A DNA stretch of 64,000 nucleotides from an uncultured cyanobacterium (lineage in GTDB: Bacteria > Cyanobacteriota > Cyanobacteriia > CAKZMO01), in the NCBI GenBank assembly GCA_963719515.1, contig CAVRCJ010000014.1, forward strand, positions 215,457-279,456, in the 5' to 3' direction. Shown here piece by piece: positions 9,625 to 20,110 of this stretch (its first letter is position 1; every line of letters begins with the position of its first letter). The notes under the pieces were generated by a model, which saw only the letters and a list, made by a program, of their open reading frames with translations, ran no database searches and had not been told where the DNA came from. The position numbers were made by a program, and so were the translations under genes.

Positions 9625-10230
9625 ATGGCTGAGAGAACCGATAAATCTACGCTATTTCGCAAGGAGTCCCTAGAGCGCCTGTCATCTCCTGAGCAGCTCG
9701 ACCAGCTGATGCAAATCGTTCAGCCCCGCCACTGGCTTCCTTTGGCGGCGCTGGGGGTGCTGGTGAGCTTGGGGGTTTTGTGGAGCGTGGTGGCCCGCAT
9801 TCCCATGACCGTCGCCGGGCCGGGGGTGCTGGTGCAGCCCTCTGATGAAGATGAGTCTTTGGTGGGGCTAACCTACATCAGCCGCACCGATGGGGCCAAA
9901 ATTCGCCAGGGGATGCGGGTGTTGATTCTGCCGAGTACGGGGTCCGAGCGCATGGGCGGCGTTATTGGCCGCGTTGAGGAAGTGACGGTGCCCTCAACCA
10001 CAACCCTGGGGATGGCGAGAAAAATGGGCTCGACCGATGACGCAGTTGCGCTCTCCGAGGTGGAGGTGCTGGTGATTCCGGAGACCGACCCCGAGACCGA
10101 GAGCGGCTACCGCTGGTCTTCGGCGAGCGGCGCTGACACCGTGCTGCTGCCCGGTACGGCGGCAACGATGCAAATCACCCTAGACGAGAGTCCCCCGATT
10201 GCGCTAGTCTTTCCTTTCCTAAGGAATTAA
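9625..10230 (+). CDS. NHLM bacteriocin system secretion protein (short HlyD-like form)
   Basis: LFRKESLERLSSPEQLDQL N-terminus, one TM helix, SGYRWSS..G C-terminal motif; no long coiled coil. Confidence 0.8.
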   Translation: MAERTDKSTLFRKESLERLSSPEQLDQLMQIVQPRHWLPLAALGVLVSLGVLWSVVARIPMTVAGPGVLVQPSDEDESLVGLTYISRTDGAKIRQGMRVLILPSTGSERMGGVIGRVEEVTVPSTTTLGMARKMGSTDDAVALSEVEVLVIPETDPETESGYRWSSASGADTVLLPGTAATMQITLDESPPIALVFPFLRN

Positions 10231-10256
10231 GTTTCCGCTCCAATGCCCTGTGAACT

Positions 10257-12482
10257 ATGTTTGTCAATCCCCTGCAGTTTTTAACCCGCTCCCAGGCGCA
10301 CAGAGTCAAAACGCCGACGGTGCTGCAAATGGAGGCGGTGGAATGCGGGGCGGCGGCGCTAGGGATCGTGCTGGGCTATTACGGAAGAACGGTGCCGCTG
10401 GTCGAGCTGAGGCAGGCCTGCGGGGTCTCTCGTGACGGGGTCACCGCCGCCAACGTGCTCAAGGCAGCGCGCCGCTTTAACCTGATCGCCAAGGGCTATA
10501 AGAAATCCCTTGAAGGGCTGCTGGAGATGCCCACTCCCTTCATCGTGTTTTGGCACTTCAACCACTTTTTGGTTGTGGAAGGCTTTGGGAAAGGCCAAGT
10601 CTACCTCAATGACCCAGCTCAGGGACCGCGCACCGTCACTCTAGAAGAATTTGATGAGGGCTACACGGGCATTGTGCTTGTGCTGCAGCCCGGCGATGAC
10701 TTTGAGCCCGGTGGGCAAAAGCCAAACGCGATCGCCTCCCTAAAGCGGCGGCTGAAAAGCTCAACTGGGGCGCTGCTCTACTGCGTGGCGGCAGGTTTTT
10801 TGCTGGTGATTCCCAACCTGGCACTGCCCGCCTTCAGCCAAATCTTTGTAGATACCGTACTGGTGGGCGGCAGGAGAGACTGGCTGCCCTATATTTTGGG
10901 GGCGATGCTGCTCATTGTCGTGCTGCAGGGCATGCTCACCCTACTGCAGCTGCGGTTTCTCCGAGCCCTGAAAATCAAGCTGGCGGTGGTGCTCTCCAGT
11001 CAATTTGTCTGGCACCTGCTGCGGCTACCGGTGGACTTCTACGCCCAGCGCTTTGCCGGAGAGATCAGCAGCCGCATCCGCCTCAACGACAGCGTGGCCA
11101 GCGTCCTGTCGGGGCGACTCACCCTGACGGCCATCAGCACGGTCATGGTGGTGTTCTACGGCGTGGCCATGGCCTACTACGACGTGCCCCTCACCCTCAT
11201 CGTCGTTTTCTTTTCCGCCATCAACGTGATTACCCTGCAGTGGGTATCCCGTCAGCGGGTGGACAGCAACCGGCGGCTGGCCCAGGAATACGGCAAGGTG
11301 TCGGGGACGGCGATCGCGGGCCTGCAAAATATTGAGACCCTCAAGGCGTCGGGCATCGAATCGGACTTTTTTGCCCGCTGGGTGGGCTACTACACCAAGG
11401 CCATCAACGCCCAGCAGGAGCTAGAGCTGGTAAACCGGGCGGTGAATCTGCTGCCGTCCCTGCTGTCGGCCCTAGCGGCGGCCTCGCTGCTGGTGTTTGG
11501 GGGCTGGCGAGTGATCACGGGCGACCTCACCGTGGGCCAGCTGGTGGCTTTTCAGCTGCTAACGGGCAGCTTTCAGCGCCCGGTGAATACCCTAGTGAGC
11601 TTTGGCAGCACCCTGCAAACCCTGCAGGGCAACCTGGAGCGGCTAGATGACATCCTCAATAACCCTGTTGATCCGCAGGTGACCGATGGCGCTGGGCTGG
11701 GCCAGCCCAAGCGCGAGCACGGCCCCAATGCTAGTCCCGCCGTCGATGGCCCTAAGCTGACGGGGTTCATAGAGATTAAGCAGCTCACCTACGGCTATAG
11801 TCCGCTGGATGCGCCGCTAATCGAGAACTTTAGCCTCACGGTGCGCCCAGGTCAGCGGGTGGCCCTGGTGGGGGGCAGCGGCTCGGGCAAATCCACCGTC
11901 GCCAAGCTGGTGGCGGGATTGTATGTGCCCTGGTCAGGAGAAATTTGCTTTGACGGGGCAGGGCGCGATCGCATCCCTCGCAGCGTGCTCACCAACTCTA
12001 TTGCCGTGGTGGAGCAGGAGATTTTGCTGTTTGCCGGCTCCATTCGCGACAACCTCACCCTATGGGACAGCACCATCCCGGAGTCGGCCCTGCGCCAAGC
12101 TTGCCAAGACGCCGACATTGAGGAGGTGATTCTGTCGATACCCGGTGGTTATGACGCTATGCTGCTGGAGGGGGCCTCGAACCTCAGCGGCGGGCAGCGG
12201 CAGCGGCTGGAGATCGCCCGCGCCCTGGTGACGGAGCCGACAATTCTGATTATGGATGAGGCGACGAGCGCCCTAGACACCGAGACGGAGAAGCGCATTG
12301 ACCAGAACCTACGGCGGCGAGGCTGCACCTGCCTGATTGTGGCCCACCGGCTGAGCACAATTCGCGACTGCGACGAGATTATTGTGCTGGAGCGGGGGAA
12401 GGTGGTGCAGCGGGGCACCCACGAGGCGCTGTGGGAGGAAGGAGGTCACTATGCGCGGCTGCTGAACAGTGGGGCGAGTTAG
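10257..12482 (+). CDS. NHLM bacteriocin system ABC transporter, C39 peptidase/ATP-binding protein
   Basis: RVKTPTVLQMEAVECGAAAL (catalytic Cys), HF.VVEG, NDPA; GGSGSGKS; LSGGQRQRL. Confidence 0.95.
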   Translation: MFVNPLQFLTRSQAHRVKTPTVLQMEAVECGAAALGIVLGYYGRTVPLVELRQACGVSRDGVTAANVLKAARRFNLIAKGYKKSLEGLLEMPTPFIVFWHFNHFLVVEGFGKGQVYLNDPAQGPRTVTLEEFDEGYTGIVLVLQPGDDFEPGGQKPNAIASLKRRLKSSTGALLYCVAAGFLLVIPNLALPAFSQIFVDTVLVGGRRDWLPYILGAMLLIVVLQGMLTLLQLRFLRALKIKLAVVLSSQFVWHLLRLPVDFYAQRFAGEISSRIRLNDSVASVLSGRLTLTAISTVMVVFYGVAMAYYDVPLTLIVVFFSAINVITLQWVSRQRVDSNRRLAQEYGKVSGTAIAGLQNIETLKASGIESDFFARWVGYYTKAINAQQELELVNRAVNLLPSLLSALAAASLLVFGGWRVITGDLTVGQLVAFQLLTGSFQRPVNTLVSFGSTLQTLQGNLERLDDILNNPVDPQVTDGAGLGQPKREHGPNASPAVDGPKLTGFIEIKQLTYGYSPLDAPLIENFSLTVRPGQRVALVGGSGSGKSTVAKLVAGLYVPWSGEICFDGAGRDRIPRSVLTNSIAVVEQEILLFAGSIRDNLTLWDSTIPESALRQACQDADIEEVILSIPGGYDAMLLEGASNLSGGQRQRLEIARALVTEPTILIMDEATSALDTETEKRIDQNLRRRGCTCLIVAHRLSTIRDCDEIIVLERGKVVQRGTHEALWEEGGHYARLLNSGAS

Positions 12483-12484
12483 GA

Positions 12485-13563
12485 CTACAGCGATCGCTTT
12501 AGCACTAGCGGTTCCCCTGGCTTTAGGGCCTGCACCTTTGCGGTTAGGTCCAACCACGGCTGCAGCTGTCCCGCCTGATAGGTGCGGCTCATCACCACGT
12601 AGATAGAAGTCTGGTCAGCGGCGATGCCCGCCGCCGTCACGGCGTCCCAGCGCTCAGCCGTCAGCTGGTCGATAATCTGCCACTGCTCCTCCCGCCACTC
12701 AAACCGCCGCTCGAAGCGAAACGGAGCCGCCGCCTTGCCGGTGATTAACACTTTTTGCAGCAGCTGGCGTACTAGATTAGGGAAAAACCGCCCCACCGTC
12801 AGCATCACCACCCGCAGCACCATTAGCTTTAGCGGCGTCATCTGGGTCTGCTTAGCCCAGCCCAGGCTGCCGCTAATTGCGATCTGATCTTCTTCTACCG
12901 CCACGGGGTAGCGCTCCACCAGATGGCCCACCGCGTTCTTGACGCTCCCGTCGGCCATCACCTGCAAAGAGAGCTGTGTGTCGGACACCACCAGGCGATC
13001 GCCCCGAAACAGCTTAAACACGCCGCCTTTATTCAGCGCCACATACAGCGTGGTGTCGGCGCGGCGCTCGACGAGGATACGGGCCTCGGGGAGCCACAGC
13101 CGCTCTTGCGGCAGCGGTAAACCGGGCCTGTGGTCCGCAAAGTTCTGCCAGGCCAGCAGATAGCTCCAGGTGTGGTGGCCCACGATGTGGTCGTCAGCGT
13201 AGCAGGCCCCGCGCCCCGCCGCTAGACCTTCTAAAAACTTGTCGTTGATGCTGAGGGCTTCGGGGAGCCAGCGGCCCACCAGCTCGAACCCGTGGGGAAA
13301 AAAGTTGTAGGTGTTGCGGCTGGTATACTCCCCGCCATAGGAGCCGTCGGGGTGGATGAAGTGGGCGGTGAGCAGCACGGCTTTAGCGATCGCGTCCTTC
13401 AGTTCGCTGCTGGGCTGCAGCTCGTATAGCCGCGCCAGGCAAGCGATGGTCAGGGTTTGGTAGCCGGGGTCGAAGCCTTCGTACTCCTGAAACCAGCCCT
13501 CAGGATTTTGCCAGCTGAGCACCTGGGCTAGGCGATCGCCACTAGCGGGTTGCCAGCGATCGC
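12485..13563 (-). pseudogene. 5'-truncated conserved hypothetical protein (alpha/alpha-barrel, heparinase/lyase-like)
   Basis: WQNPEGWFQEYEG.DPGY and HPDGSYGGEYTSRNT motifs; frame open back to the HIP1 site at 13556-13563 and closed shortly beyond it; no room for a promoter or N-terminal domain. Confidence 0.6.
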
Positions 13564-14403
13564 TTGGCCCTTCAGTTCGTCATCAACTACGAAGAGGGGG
13601 GCGAAAACTGCATTCTTCACGGCGATGCCGCATCGGAATCTTTCTTATCTGAAACCGTAGGGGCCACGCCGCTGCTGGGGGTGCGCAACCTAAACATGGA
13701 ATCGATGTACGAGTACGGCAGCCGGGCCGGGTTTTGGCGGCTGCACCGACTGTTCACCCAGCGCCAAATTCCGGTGACGGTGTACGCCGTGGCCATGGCC
13801 CTAGACCGCCACCGCGAGGCCGCCGCCGCCATGGTAGAGGCCGGGTGGGAGGTGGCCAGCCACGGCTATCGCTGGATTGACTACCAATACGTCAGCGAAG
13901 AGACCGAGCGGGAGCACATCCGCACCGCCATTGAGCTGCATACCCAGGCCACGGGCAGCAGGCCCCTCGGGTTTTACCAGGGGCGCGTCAGCCCCAACAC
14001 CCGGCGACTCGTCATCGAAGAAGGCGGGTTCCTCTACGACGCCGACAGCTACTCAGACGACCTGCCCTACTGGGTACAAGGCGGCGATCGCCCCCATCTG
14101 GTGATTCCCTACACCCTCGACAACAACGACATGCGCTTTGCCAGCTATCAGGGCTTCAATTCGGGCGACCAGTTCTTTGCCTATCTGCGGGACGCCTTTG
14201 ATGTGCTCTACGCCGAGGGGGAAACCGCGCCCAAGCTGATGAGCGTCGGGCTACACTGCCGCTTGGCGGGCCGTCCGGGGCGAACGGCGGCGCTGGCCCG
14301 CTTCCTCGACTACGTGCAGGGCCATGACAAGGTGTGGATTTGCCGCCGAGATGCGATCGCCCGCCACTGGCATGATCACCATTTTCCTTCAGATCACGCC
14401 TAA
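13556..14403 (+). pseudogene. puuE: Allantoinase PuuE (polysaccharide deacetylase family), missing its N-terminal segment
   Basis: ALQFVINYEEGGENCILHGD, ESMYEYGSRAGFWR, SHGYRWIDY, GLHCRL motifs; the usual YPRDLIGYG...WP leader is absent and an in-frame TAG lies just upstream. Confidence 0.75.
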
Positions 14404-14407
14404 AACC

Positions 14408-15361
14408 ATGTCGATCTACCATTCCGGCGACTACGTCATTAGGCCCATGACCCGCCTCGAAGTCGACCTTGCCATCGAGTGGGCGGCGGCGGCGGGCTGG
14501 AATCCGGGCCTGCGCGACGGGGACTGCTTTTACAAGAGCGACCCGGCAGGGTTCTTGGTGGGGCTAAAAGGCGGCGAGCCTGTTGCCACCCTTTCGGCGG
14601 TCAAGTATGGAGAGACTTTTGGGTTTATTGGCTTTTACATCGTTAAGCCAGAGCACCGGGGGCAGGGATACGGCATGCAAATTTGGAACGCCGGTCTTGC
14701 GTATTTGGGCGTAGAGCCCTCGGGTACAGAGCCCCTGGGTGTAGCGTCTTTGGGAACAGGGCGCACCGTTGGTCTGGACGGCGTCGTAGACCAGCAGGAC
14801 AACTACCGGAAATCCGGATTCACCTTGGCCTACTCCAACGTCCGCTACCAGGGCGCTGGCGGGGGCGCTGGCTTGAACGATGACGACATTGTGCCGCTGG
14901 CAACGCTGCCCTTTGAGCAGGTGATCGCCTACGATCGCTCCTTCTTCCCTGGCGATCGCGCTGCGCCTGGTTCCTCTCCTGATTCTGCCTCTGTTTCCCC
15001 CCAGCGCAGGCGGTTTCTGCAGTGCTGGGTAGCCCAGCCCCACATTGCTCTGGGCCTGATGCAGAACGGTGAGCTATTGGGCTACGGGGTGCTGCGCCGC
15101 TGCCGCCTGGGCCACAAGATAGGCCCCCTGTTTGCCGATAGCCCGGAGATTGCAGACCGGCTGTTCGCTGCGCTCCGGGGGCAGGCTCTTGCAGAAGACC
15201 CAATTTTCTTAGACGTACCTGCCGTAAATGCGGCGGCAGTGGATTTGGCGCGCCGCTACGGCATGACGGCTGCTTTCGAAACGGCGCGGATGTACATTGG
15301 TCCCGCCCCCGATTTGCCGATGAATCGACTCTTCGGCGTCACTAGCTTTGAGCTGGGGTAA
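14408..15361 (+). CDS. GNAT family N-acetyltransferase (YitH-like two-domain)
   Basis: WAA..GWNPGL.D, RGQGYG, GLDGV..QQDNY.KSGF, KIGPLFAD, GVTSFELG. Confidence 0.85.
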   Translation: MSIYHSGDYVIRPMTRLEVDLAIEWAAAAGWNPGLRDGDCFYKSDPAGFLVGLKGGEPVATLSAVKYGETFGFIGFYIVKPEHRGQGYGMQIWNAGLAYLGVEPSGTEPLGVASLGTGRTVGLDGVVDQQDNYRKSGFTLAYSNVRYQGAGGGAGLNDDDIVPLATLPFEQVIAYDRSFFPGDRAAPGSSPDSASVSPQRRRFLQCWVAQPHIALGLMQNGELLGYGVLRRCRLGHKIGPLFADSPEIADRLFAALRGQALAEDPIFLDVPAVNAAAVDLARRYGMTAAFETARMYIGPAPDLPMNRLFGVTSFELG

Positions 15362-15476
15362 ATCCTTCCAAGGGTGGTGAAATATAGGCGTTGCCGTGGG
15401 TATGAGCTTTGTGCGGACAGCATCATGTCCGCACCGCCCGATCGTCGCCGAATTTTGCAGGAGCACCGCCGCGTCC

Positions 15477-16436
15477 CTACACCGCTGCTGGAACCCGGCC
15501 ACGAATCTGGTCGTAGTTCTCCACAAACCAGGCGTACATCTCCTCAACCCCTTCCTTCAGCGAGGTCTCAGCCTCCCAGCCTGCCTCCCGCAGTCGGGAG
15601 ACATCCAGGAGCTTGCGCGGCGTGCCGTTGGGCTTGGAGGTGTCAAACACCAGCTCGCCTTCAAAGCCCACCACCGCTTTCATCGTCTCCGCTAGCTCGC
15701 GAATTGAGACCTCTTTGCCGGTGCCCACGTTGACGAAGTCCATCTCGTTGTAGGTCTCCATCAAAAATACCAGGGCCTCCGCCAGGTCATCCACATACAA
15801 AAACTCCCGCAGCGGCGTGCCCGTGCCCCACACCGTCACCGTCGGCTCGCCCGCCAGCTTAGCCTCGTGGAGCTTGCGCATCAGGGCCGGCAGCACGTGG
15901 GAGTTGGCCAGGTCAAAGTTGTCGTTGACGCCGTAGAGGTTGGTAGGCATGGCGGAAATGAAGTTCGCGCCGTACTGCCGGTAGTAGTTTTCGCACAGCT
16001 TCAGCCCCGCGATTTTGGCGATCGCGTAGGGTTCATTGGTGGGCTCTAGAAAGTCCGTCAGCAGGTGCTCTTCCTTCATGGGCTGGGGGCAGAGCTTGGG
16101 GTAAATGCAGGAGGAGCCTAAAAACAGCAGCTTCTTGACGCCAGACTTGTAGGCGCTGTGGATGACGTTGGCCTCAATCATCAAATTGGCGTAGATGAAC
16201 TCACCGCGATAGGTGTTGTTGGCCTGAATGCCACCCACCCGCGCCGCCGCCAAAAACACGTATTCCGGCTTCTCAGCCTCGAAAAAGGCCTCAACCTCAG
16301 CCTGTCGCGTCAGATCTAGCTCACGGCTTGAGCGCACCACCAGGTTGTGGTATCCCTTAGCGTTGAGGGCGCGAATGATAGCGCTGCCTACGAGACCATT
16401 GTGGCCAGCAACATAGATTTTTGCGGTGGATTCCAT
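15477..16436 (-). CDS. fcl: GDP-L-fucose synthase
   Basis: [42 protein letters not shown]. Confidence 0.95.
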   Translation of the reverse strand: MESTAKIYVAGHNGLVGSAIIRALNAKGYHNLVVRSSRELDLTRQAEVEAFFEAEKPEYVFLAAARVGGIQANNTYRGEFIYANLMIEANVIHSAYKSGVKKLLFLGSSCIYPKLCPQPMKEEHLLTDFLEPTNEPYAIAKIAGLKLCENYYRQYGANFISAMPTNLYGVNDNFDLANSHVLPALMRKLHEAKLAGEPTVTVWGTGTPLREFLYVDDLAEALVFLMETYNEMDFVNVGTGKEVSIRELAETMKAVVGFEGELVFDTSKPNGTPRKLLDVSRLREAGWEAETSLKEGVEEMYAWFVENYDQIRGRVPAAV

Positions 16437-16628
16437 AGCTGATTATTTAACGGTAAGCAACGGGATTATACAGATATACATAAAGCAATCACAGCTTGAT
16501 TATCTATTGCGGTGAGAGGTTAGTCCTTCGTTCGACTTGATCTTATTCAAAAGTTCAAACTCTTGCCCGTTGGCGCACCGAGCCCGCCGAATCCCTAGTG
16601 GAGAAAGCCAGCAATTCGTTTATCCTTA

Positions 16629-16764
16629 GTATCGACGCGGTGTTGGTATCGACGCGGTGTTGGTATCGACGCGGTGTTGGTATCGACGCGGTGTTGGTAT
16701 CGACGCGGTGTTGGTATCGACGCGGTGTTGGTATCGACGCGGTGTTGGTATCGACACAGTATTG
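16629..16764. repeat. 17-bp tandem repeat GTATCGACGCGGTGTTG, 7 perfect plus 1 degenerate copy
   Basis: Direct reading; no spacers between units. Confidence 0.95.
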
Positions 16765-16838
16765 GCAAGATACCGACTCTACTTGTCTTCAGACGTACCC
16801 CACCCCCCCGGCTCACCCTCAACTTAAGATCAATTCCC

Positions 16839-18248
16839 ATGAAATACGTCAGCACCCGTGGTCATGCCTCCAGCCTTACCTTCACCGAGGCGCTACTCAC
16901 TGGACTGGCTCCAGATGGGGGGCTGTATCTGCCCACGACGCTGCCCCAGGTGAGTCCGGAGACCCTTACGGGCTGGCGGCAGCTGAGCTACGAGCAGCTG
17001 ACAACCGAAGTGTTTCGGCAGTTCGCCGCTGAGAGCACCTTGGACTGCCCAGAACTTCCCGAGCTGATTCACGCCAGCCTCAAGACATTTCGCCACGGGG
17101 CGATCGCACCCCTTGTTCAGCTCGACGACGGCGAAAACTGGCTGTTAGAGCTATTCTATGGTCCCACGCTAGCGTTCAAAGACTACGCCCTCCAGGTGCT
17201 GGGGCAGCTCGTGGGCCACCTGCTCAGGCAAACGGGGGAGCAGATCACGGTGCTAGGGGCCACCAGCGGGGACACGGGGGCGGCGGCGATCGCGGGGATG
17301 GCGGGGGTGCCCAACGCCCAAATTTTTATTCTGCACCCCAAGGGCAGCGTTTCGGAGGTGCAGCGCCGCCAGATGACCACCTGCATTGCCGACAACATTC
17401 ACAATATTGCCATCGAGGGCAGCTTTGACGACTGCCAGGATTTAGTGAAGCGGGGCTTTCGAGATGAAGATCTGCGGCGGCAGGTGGGGCTGACGGCCAT
17501 CAATTCCATCAACATCGCCCGCATCGTGGCCCAGATGGTGTACTACGTGCAGGCCAGCCTGCGGCTCGGCGGAAGCGGCGATCGCCCCATTCACTTCTGC
17601 GTCCCCACGGGTAACTTTGGCAATATCTTCTCGGCCTATTTGGCTAAGCAGCTCGGCGCCCCCGTCGGACAGCTGGTGATTGCCAGCAACCGTAACGACA
17701 TTCTGCCCCGCTCCTACCGGGAGGGCACCATGGTGCTCAGCCGCACGGTCTCCACCCTGTCCATGAGCATGGACATTCAAATCCCCAGCAACTTCGAGCG
17801 GCTGCTCTACCTGCTGGTGGACCGAGACCCAGAGGCTCTGTGCCAGCTGCTGCAGGACTTTCGCGCCAAGGGAGAATGTGCGCTTTCTGACAGCACGGTG
17901 AAGCGCTGGCATCAGGACTTTTTGGCCTACAGCGTAGACGATACGCTCACGACAGCTACTATCGCCGATGTGCACCGGCGCAACGGGACGCTGATTGATC
18001 CCCACACCGCTGTGGGGGTGGCTGCAGCTCGCCAAGCCAGGGCGGAGGGGCTAACCGGGCCGCTGGTGAGCTTAGCCTGCGCTCACCCGGCGAAGTTTCC
18101 CAAGGCGGTGCAGGCGGCGACGGCAAAGAGCCCGAAGCTGCCGGCGTTCATGGCGGACCTGTTTGACCGCGAGGAGCGACTGGAGGTGCTGCCCAACTCG
18201 TTTGAGGCGCTGAAGCAGCGGATTCAGTCGGCGGCAGGGCAGTCCTAG
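16839..18248 (+). CDS. thrC: Threonine synthase (long form)
   Basis: MKYVSTRG, GLAPDGGLY.P, LELFYGPTLAFKD (PLP Lys), GATSGDTG, VPTGNFGN, DPHTAVG, AHPAKF. Confidence 0.93.
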   Translation: MKYVSTRGHASSLTFTEALLTGLAPDGGLYLPTTLPQVSPETLTGWRQLSYEQLTTEVFRQFAAESTLDCPELPELIHASLKTFRHGAIAPLVQLDDGENWLLELFYGPTLAFKDYALQVLGQLVGHLLRQTGEQITVLGATSGDTGAAAIAGMAGVPNAQIFILHPKGSVSEVQRRQMTTCIADNIHNIAIEGSFDDCQDLVKRGFRDEDLRRQVGLTAINSINIARIVAQMVYYVQASLRLGGSGDRPIHFCVPTGNFGNIFSAYLAKQLGAPVGQLVIASNRNDILPRSYREGTMVLSRTVSTLSMSMDIQIPSNFERLLYLLVDRDPEALCQLLQDFRAKGECALSDSTVKRWHQDFLAYSVDDTLTTATIADVHRRNGTLIDPHTAVGVAAARQARAEGLTGPLVSLACAHPAKFPKAVQAATAKSPKLPAFMADLFDREERLEVLPNSFEALKQRIQSAAGQS

Positions 18249-19006
18249 GAGGGCAAGAAGGCGAGCGGATTGCTCATGTTCTCCGCAAAGCCTAGAACAC
18301 CGGGATCGCGGTGCTCGTACAGCAGCTTTCCCTGGGCGTCAAACAAAAACGTGCCGCCCCGCTGGGTGAGGTAAGCCGCATCGGGCACATAGGTCTTCCA
18401 GTGGCCCAGCACTTCCGTCATATTGCGCAGCCGCAGCGTCGCCAGCTCAAAAGGCCGCTGAAACCCTCTTCCCCCCGCCAGCTTGAAGAAGTCTCCCTTT
18501 AAGGGCGGCAGCGGCCCGGCCTGCACCGTCTCCTCGTCACCAATAAGCTGGGGCGCTTGGCGATCGCCCCGATAGCCGCGCAACACCTCCCCCAGGGTGC
18601 CGGGACTCCCGACGCCCGCACACATTATCATCAGGTTTAGCCAAGCAGACTGCCCCGGCTTGAGCCCCGGTAGGGCAATCGATAGGCCTTCGTATAGCCC
18701 CAGCTCTTGGTGCAGCGACGCTTCGGGGTCCACAAACAGATGCTCTGCCGGAAAGCCCGTGTACTTGCAGAACTGCTGACCAGAACCGCGATCGCCGATG
18801 CCCACGGCCCGCACCGCGATGTTTTCTTTCTGAAGGCGATCGCGTTCTCGACACAGCCACCAGGCGTATTCCAAGCTGTCAAAGTCCCCAAGCTGGGGCC
18901 AAAGTAGGACAAGCTGACGGGCACTGTGCTGTGCCAGAATGGACGTCAGCTGACCGTCGCTGACGCGCTGGCGCTGGGCTTGGGACAATTGGGCGTAGAT
19001 ATCCAT
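18245..19006 (-). CDS. Peroxiredoxin-like family protein (AhpC/TSA_2)
   Basis: PQLGDFDSLEYAWW, RPFELATLRLRNM, TQRGGTFLF. Confidence 0.8.
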   Translation of the reverse strand: MDIYAQLSQAQRQRVSDGQLTSILAQHSARQLVLLWPQLGDFDSLEYAWWLCRERDRLQKENIAVRAVGIGDRGSGQQFCKYTGFPAEHLFVDPEASLHQELGLYEGLSIALPGLKPGQSAWLNLMIMCAGVGSPGTLGEVLRGYRGDRQAPQLIGDEETVQAGPLPPLKGDFFKLAGGRGFQRPFELATLRLRNMTEVLGHWKTYVPDAAYLTQRGGTFLFDAQGKLLYEHRDPGVLGFAENMSNPLAFLPS

Positions 19007-19225
19007 AGGAATGATTTGCGCAAAGGCTTAAAGCGGTCGCCAAGTCCTTTTACTGTAGCGCTATCCCCTGCTCTGGCTTAGCCGCCCTAGCCTGATTGCG
19101 ATCGCTGTTTGGCTCACGAGCTGGGCCAGAGTGTTAAACTGTGTATCGGTTGCAACAGTTTGAGCGGGAACCAGTCGCGTTCACCGGTTGCGCACGCTAA
19201 TACCCCTCAGCTGGCTCTTGAGTTT

Positions 19226-20110
19226 ATGACTGCAGCGCTCTCTCGTGAACCAACCCCTTGGCAGCACGTCTTTGTGCAGACCAACAATATTCGCCTCCAC
19301 TGCGTCACTCAAGGAGAGGGAGAGCTAGTGGTTCTGCTTCACGGATTTCCAGAGTTTTGGTACTCTTGGCGACATCAAATTCCGGCCTTAGCGCGGCACT
19401 TTAAGGTCGTTGTTCCCGATCTGCGCGGCTACAACGACTCCGATAAGCCCAAGACCGGCTACGACCTTGATACCCTAGCGGCCGATATTCGCGGGCTTGT
19501 GCAGGGGATGGGCTACTCTAAAGCTCACATTGTGGGGCACGACTGGGGCGGGGCGATCGCCTGGCATATGGCCCAGCAGTTTCCTCAAATGCTGCATCGG
19601 CTGGCCATCCTCAATGCGCCCCATCCGCAGGCCTTTCTTCAAGCGCTGACAAGCAACCTAGATCAGCTACGGCGAAGCTGGTACGTGGTGGCTTTCCAGG
19701 TTCCTGGTCTCCCAGAACGCCTGATTCGCATGAACCTCAAGAACTTCGTCAAGATAGTCTTCCAAGAGCAGTCCATTCGCAAAGGCGCATTCACCCGTCA
19801 AGATACGGAAATCTACCAGGCGGCGCTCGAAAAGCCAGGGGTGCTCTCCGCCGCCATCAGCTACTACCGGCAGGTCCTCACGCCTCAACTTTGGCTGCGG
19901 CAGTGGCGCGGTTCCATCCCCATAACGGCTCCGACCCTAGTATTGTGGGGTGAAGACGACCATTTTCTCAGCCAGCGGCTGACCGAGAATCTGGGCGACC
20001 TGGTCAAGGCACCCTTTCGTCTGAAGCTTATTCCGCAGTGCGGACATTGGATCCAGCAGGAAGTTCCACACACGGTCAACCGTGAGCTGCTAGCGTTTTT
20101 GCGCAGCTGA
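19226..20110 (+). CDS. Alpha/beta hydrolase (epoxide hydrolase-like)
   Basis: LLHGFPEFWYSWRHQ, DLRGY, GHDWGG, GHW.QQE. Confidence 0.9.
   Translation: MTAALSREPTPWQHVFVQTNNIRLHCVTQGEGELVVLLHGFPEFWYSWRHQIPALARHFKVVVPDLRGYNDSDKPKTGYDLDTLAADIRGLVQGMGYSKAHIVGHDWGGAIAWHMAQQFPQMLHRLAILNAPHPQAFLQALTSNLDQLRRSWYVVAFQVPGLPERLIRMNLKNFVKIVFQEQSIRKGAFTRQDTEIYQAALEKPGVLSAAISYYRQVLTPQLWLRQWRGSIPITAPTLVLWGEDDHFLSQRLTENLGDLVKAPFRLKLIPQCGHWIQQEVPHTVNRELLAFLRS

Noticed and set aside
16629..16764. Possible CRISPR array
   Set aside because: Units are contiguous with no spacers, only 17 bp long, and no cas genes are present
16674..16838. N-terminal extension of ThrC in the track
   Set aside because: It is translated VNTR; the family start MKYVSTRG is at 16839
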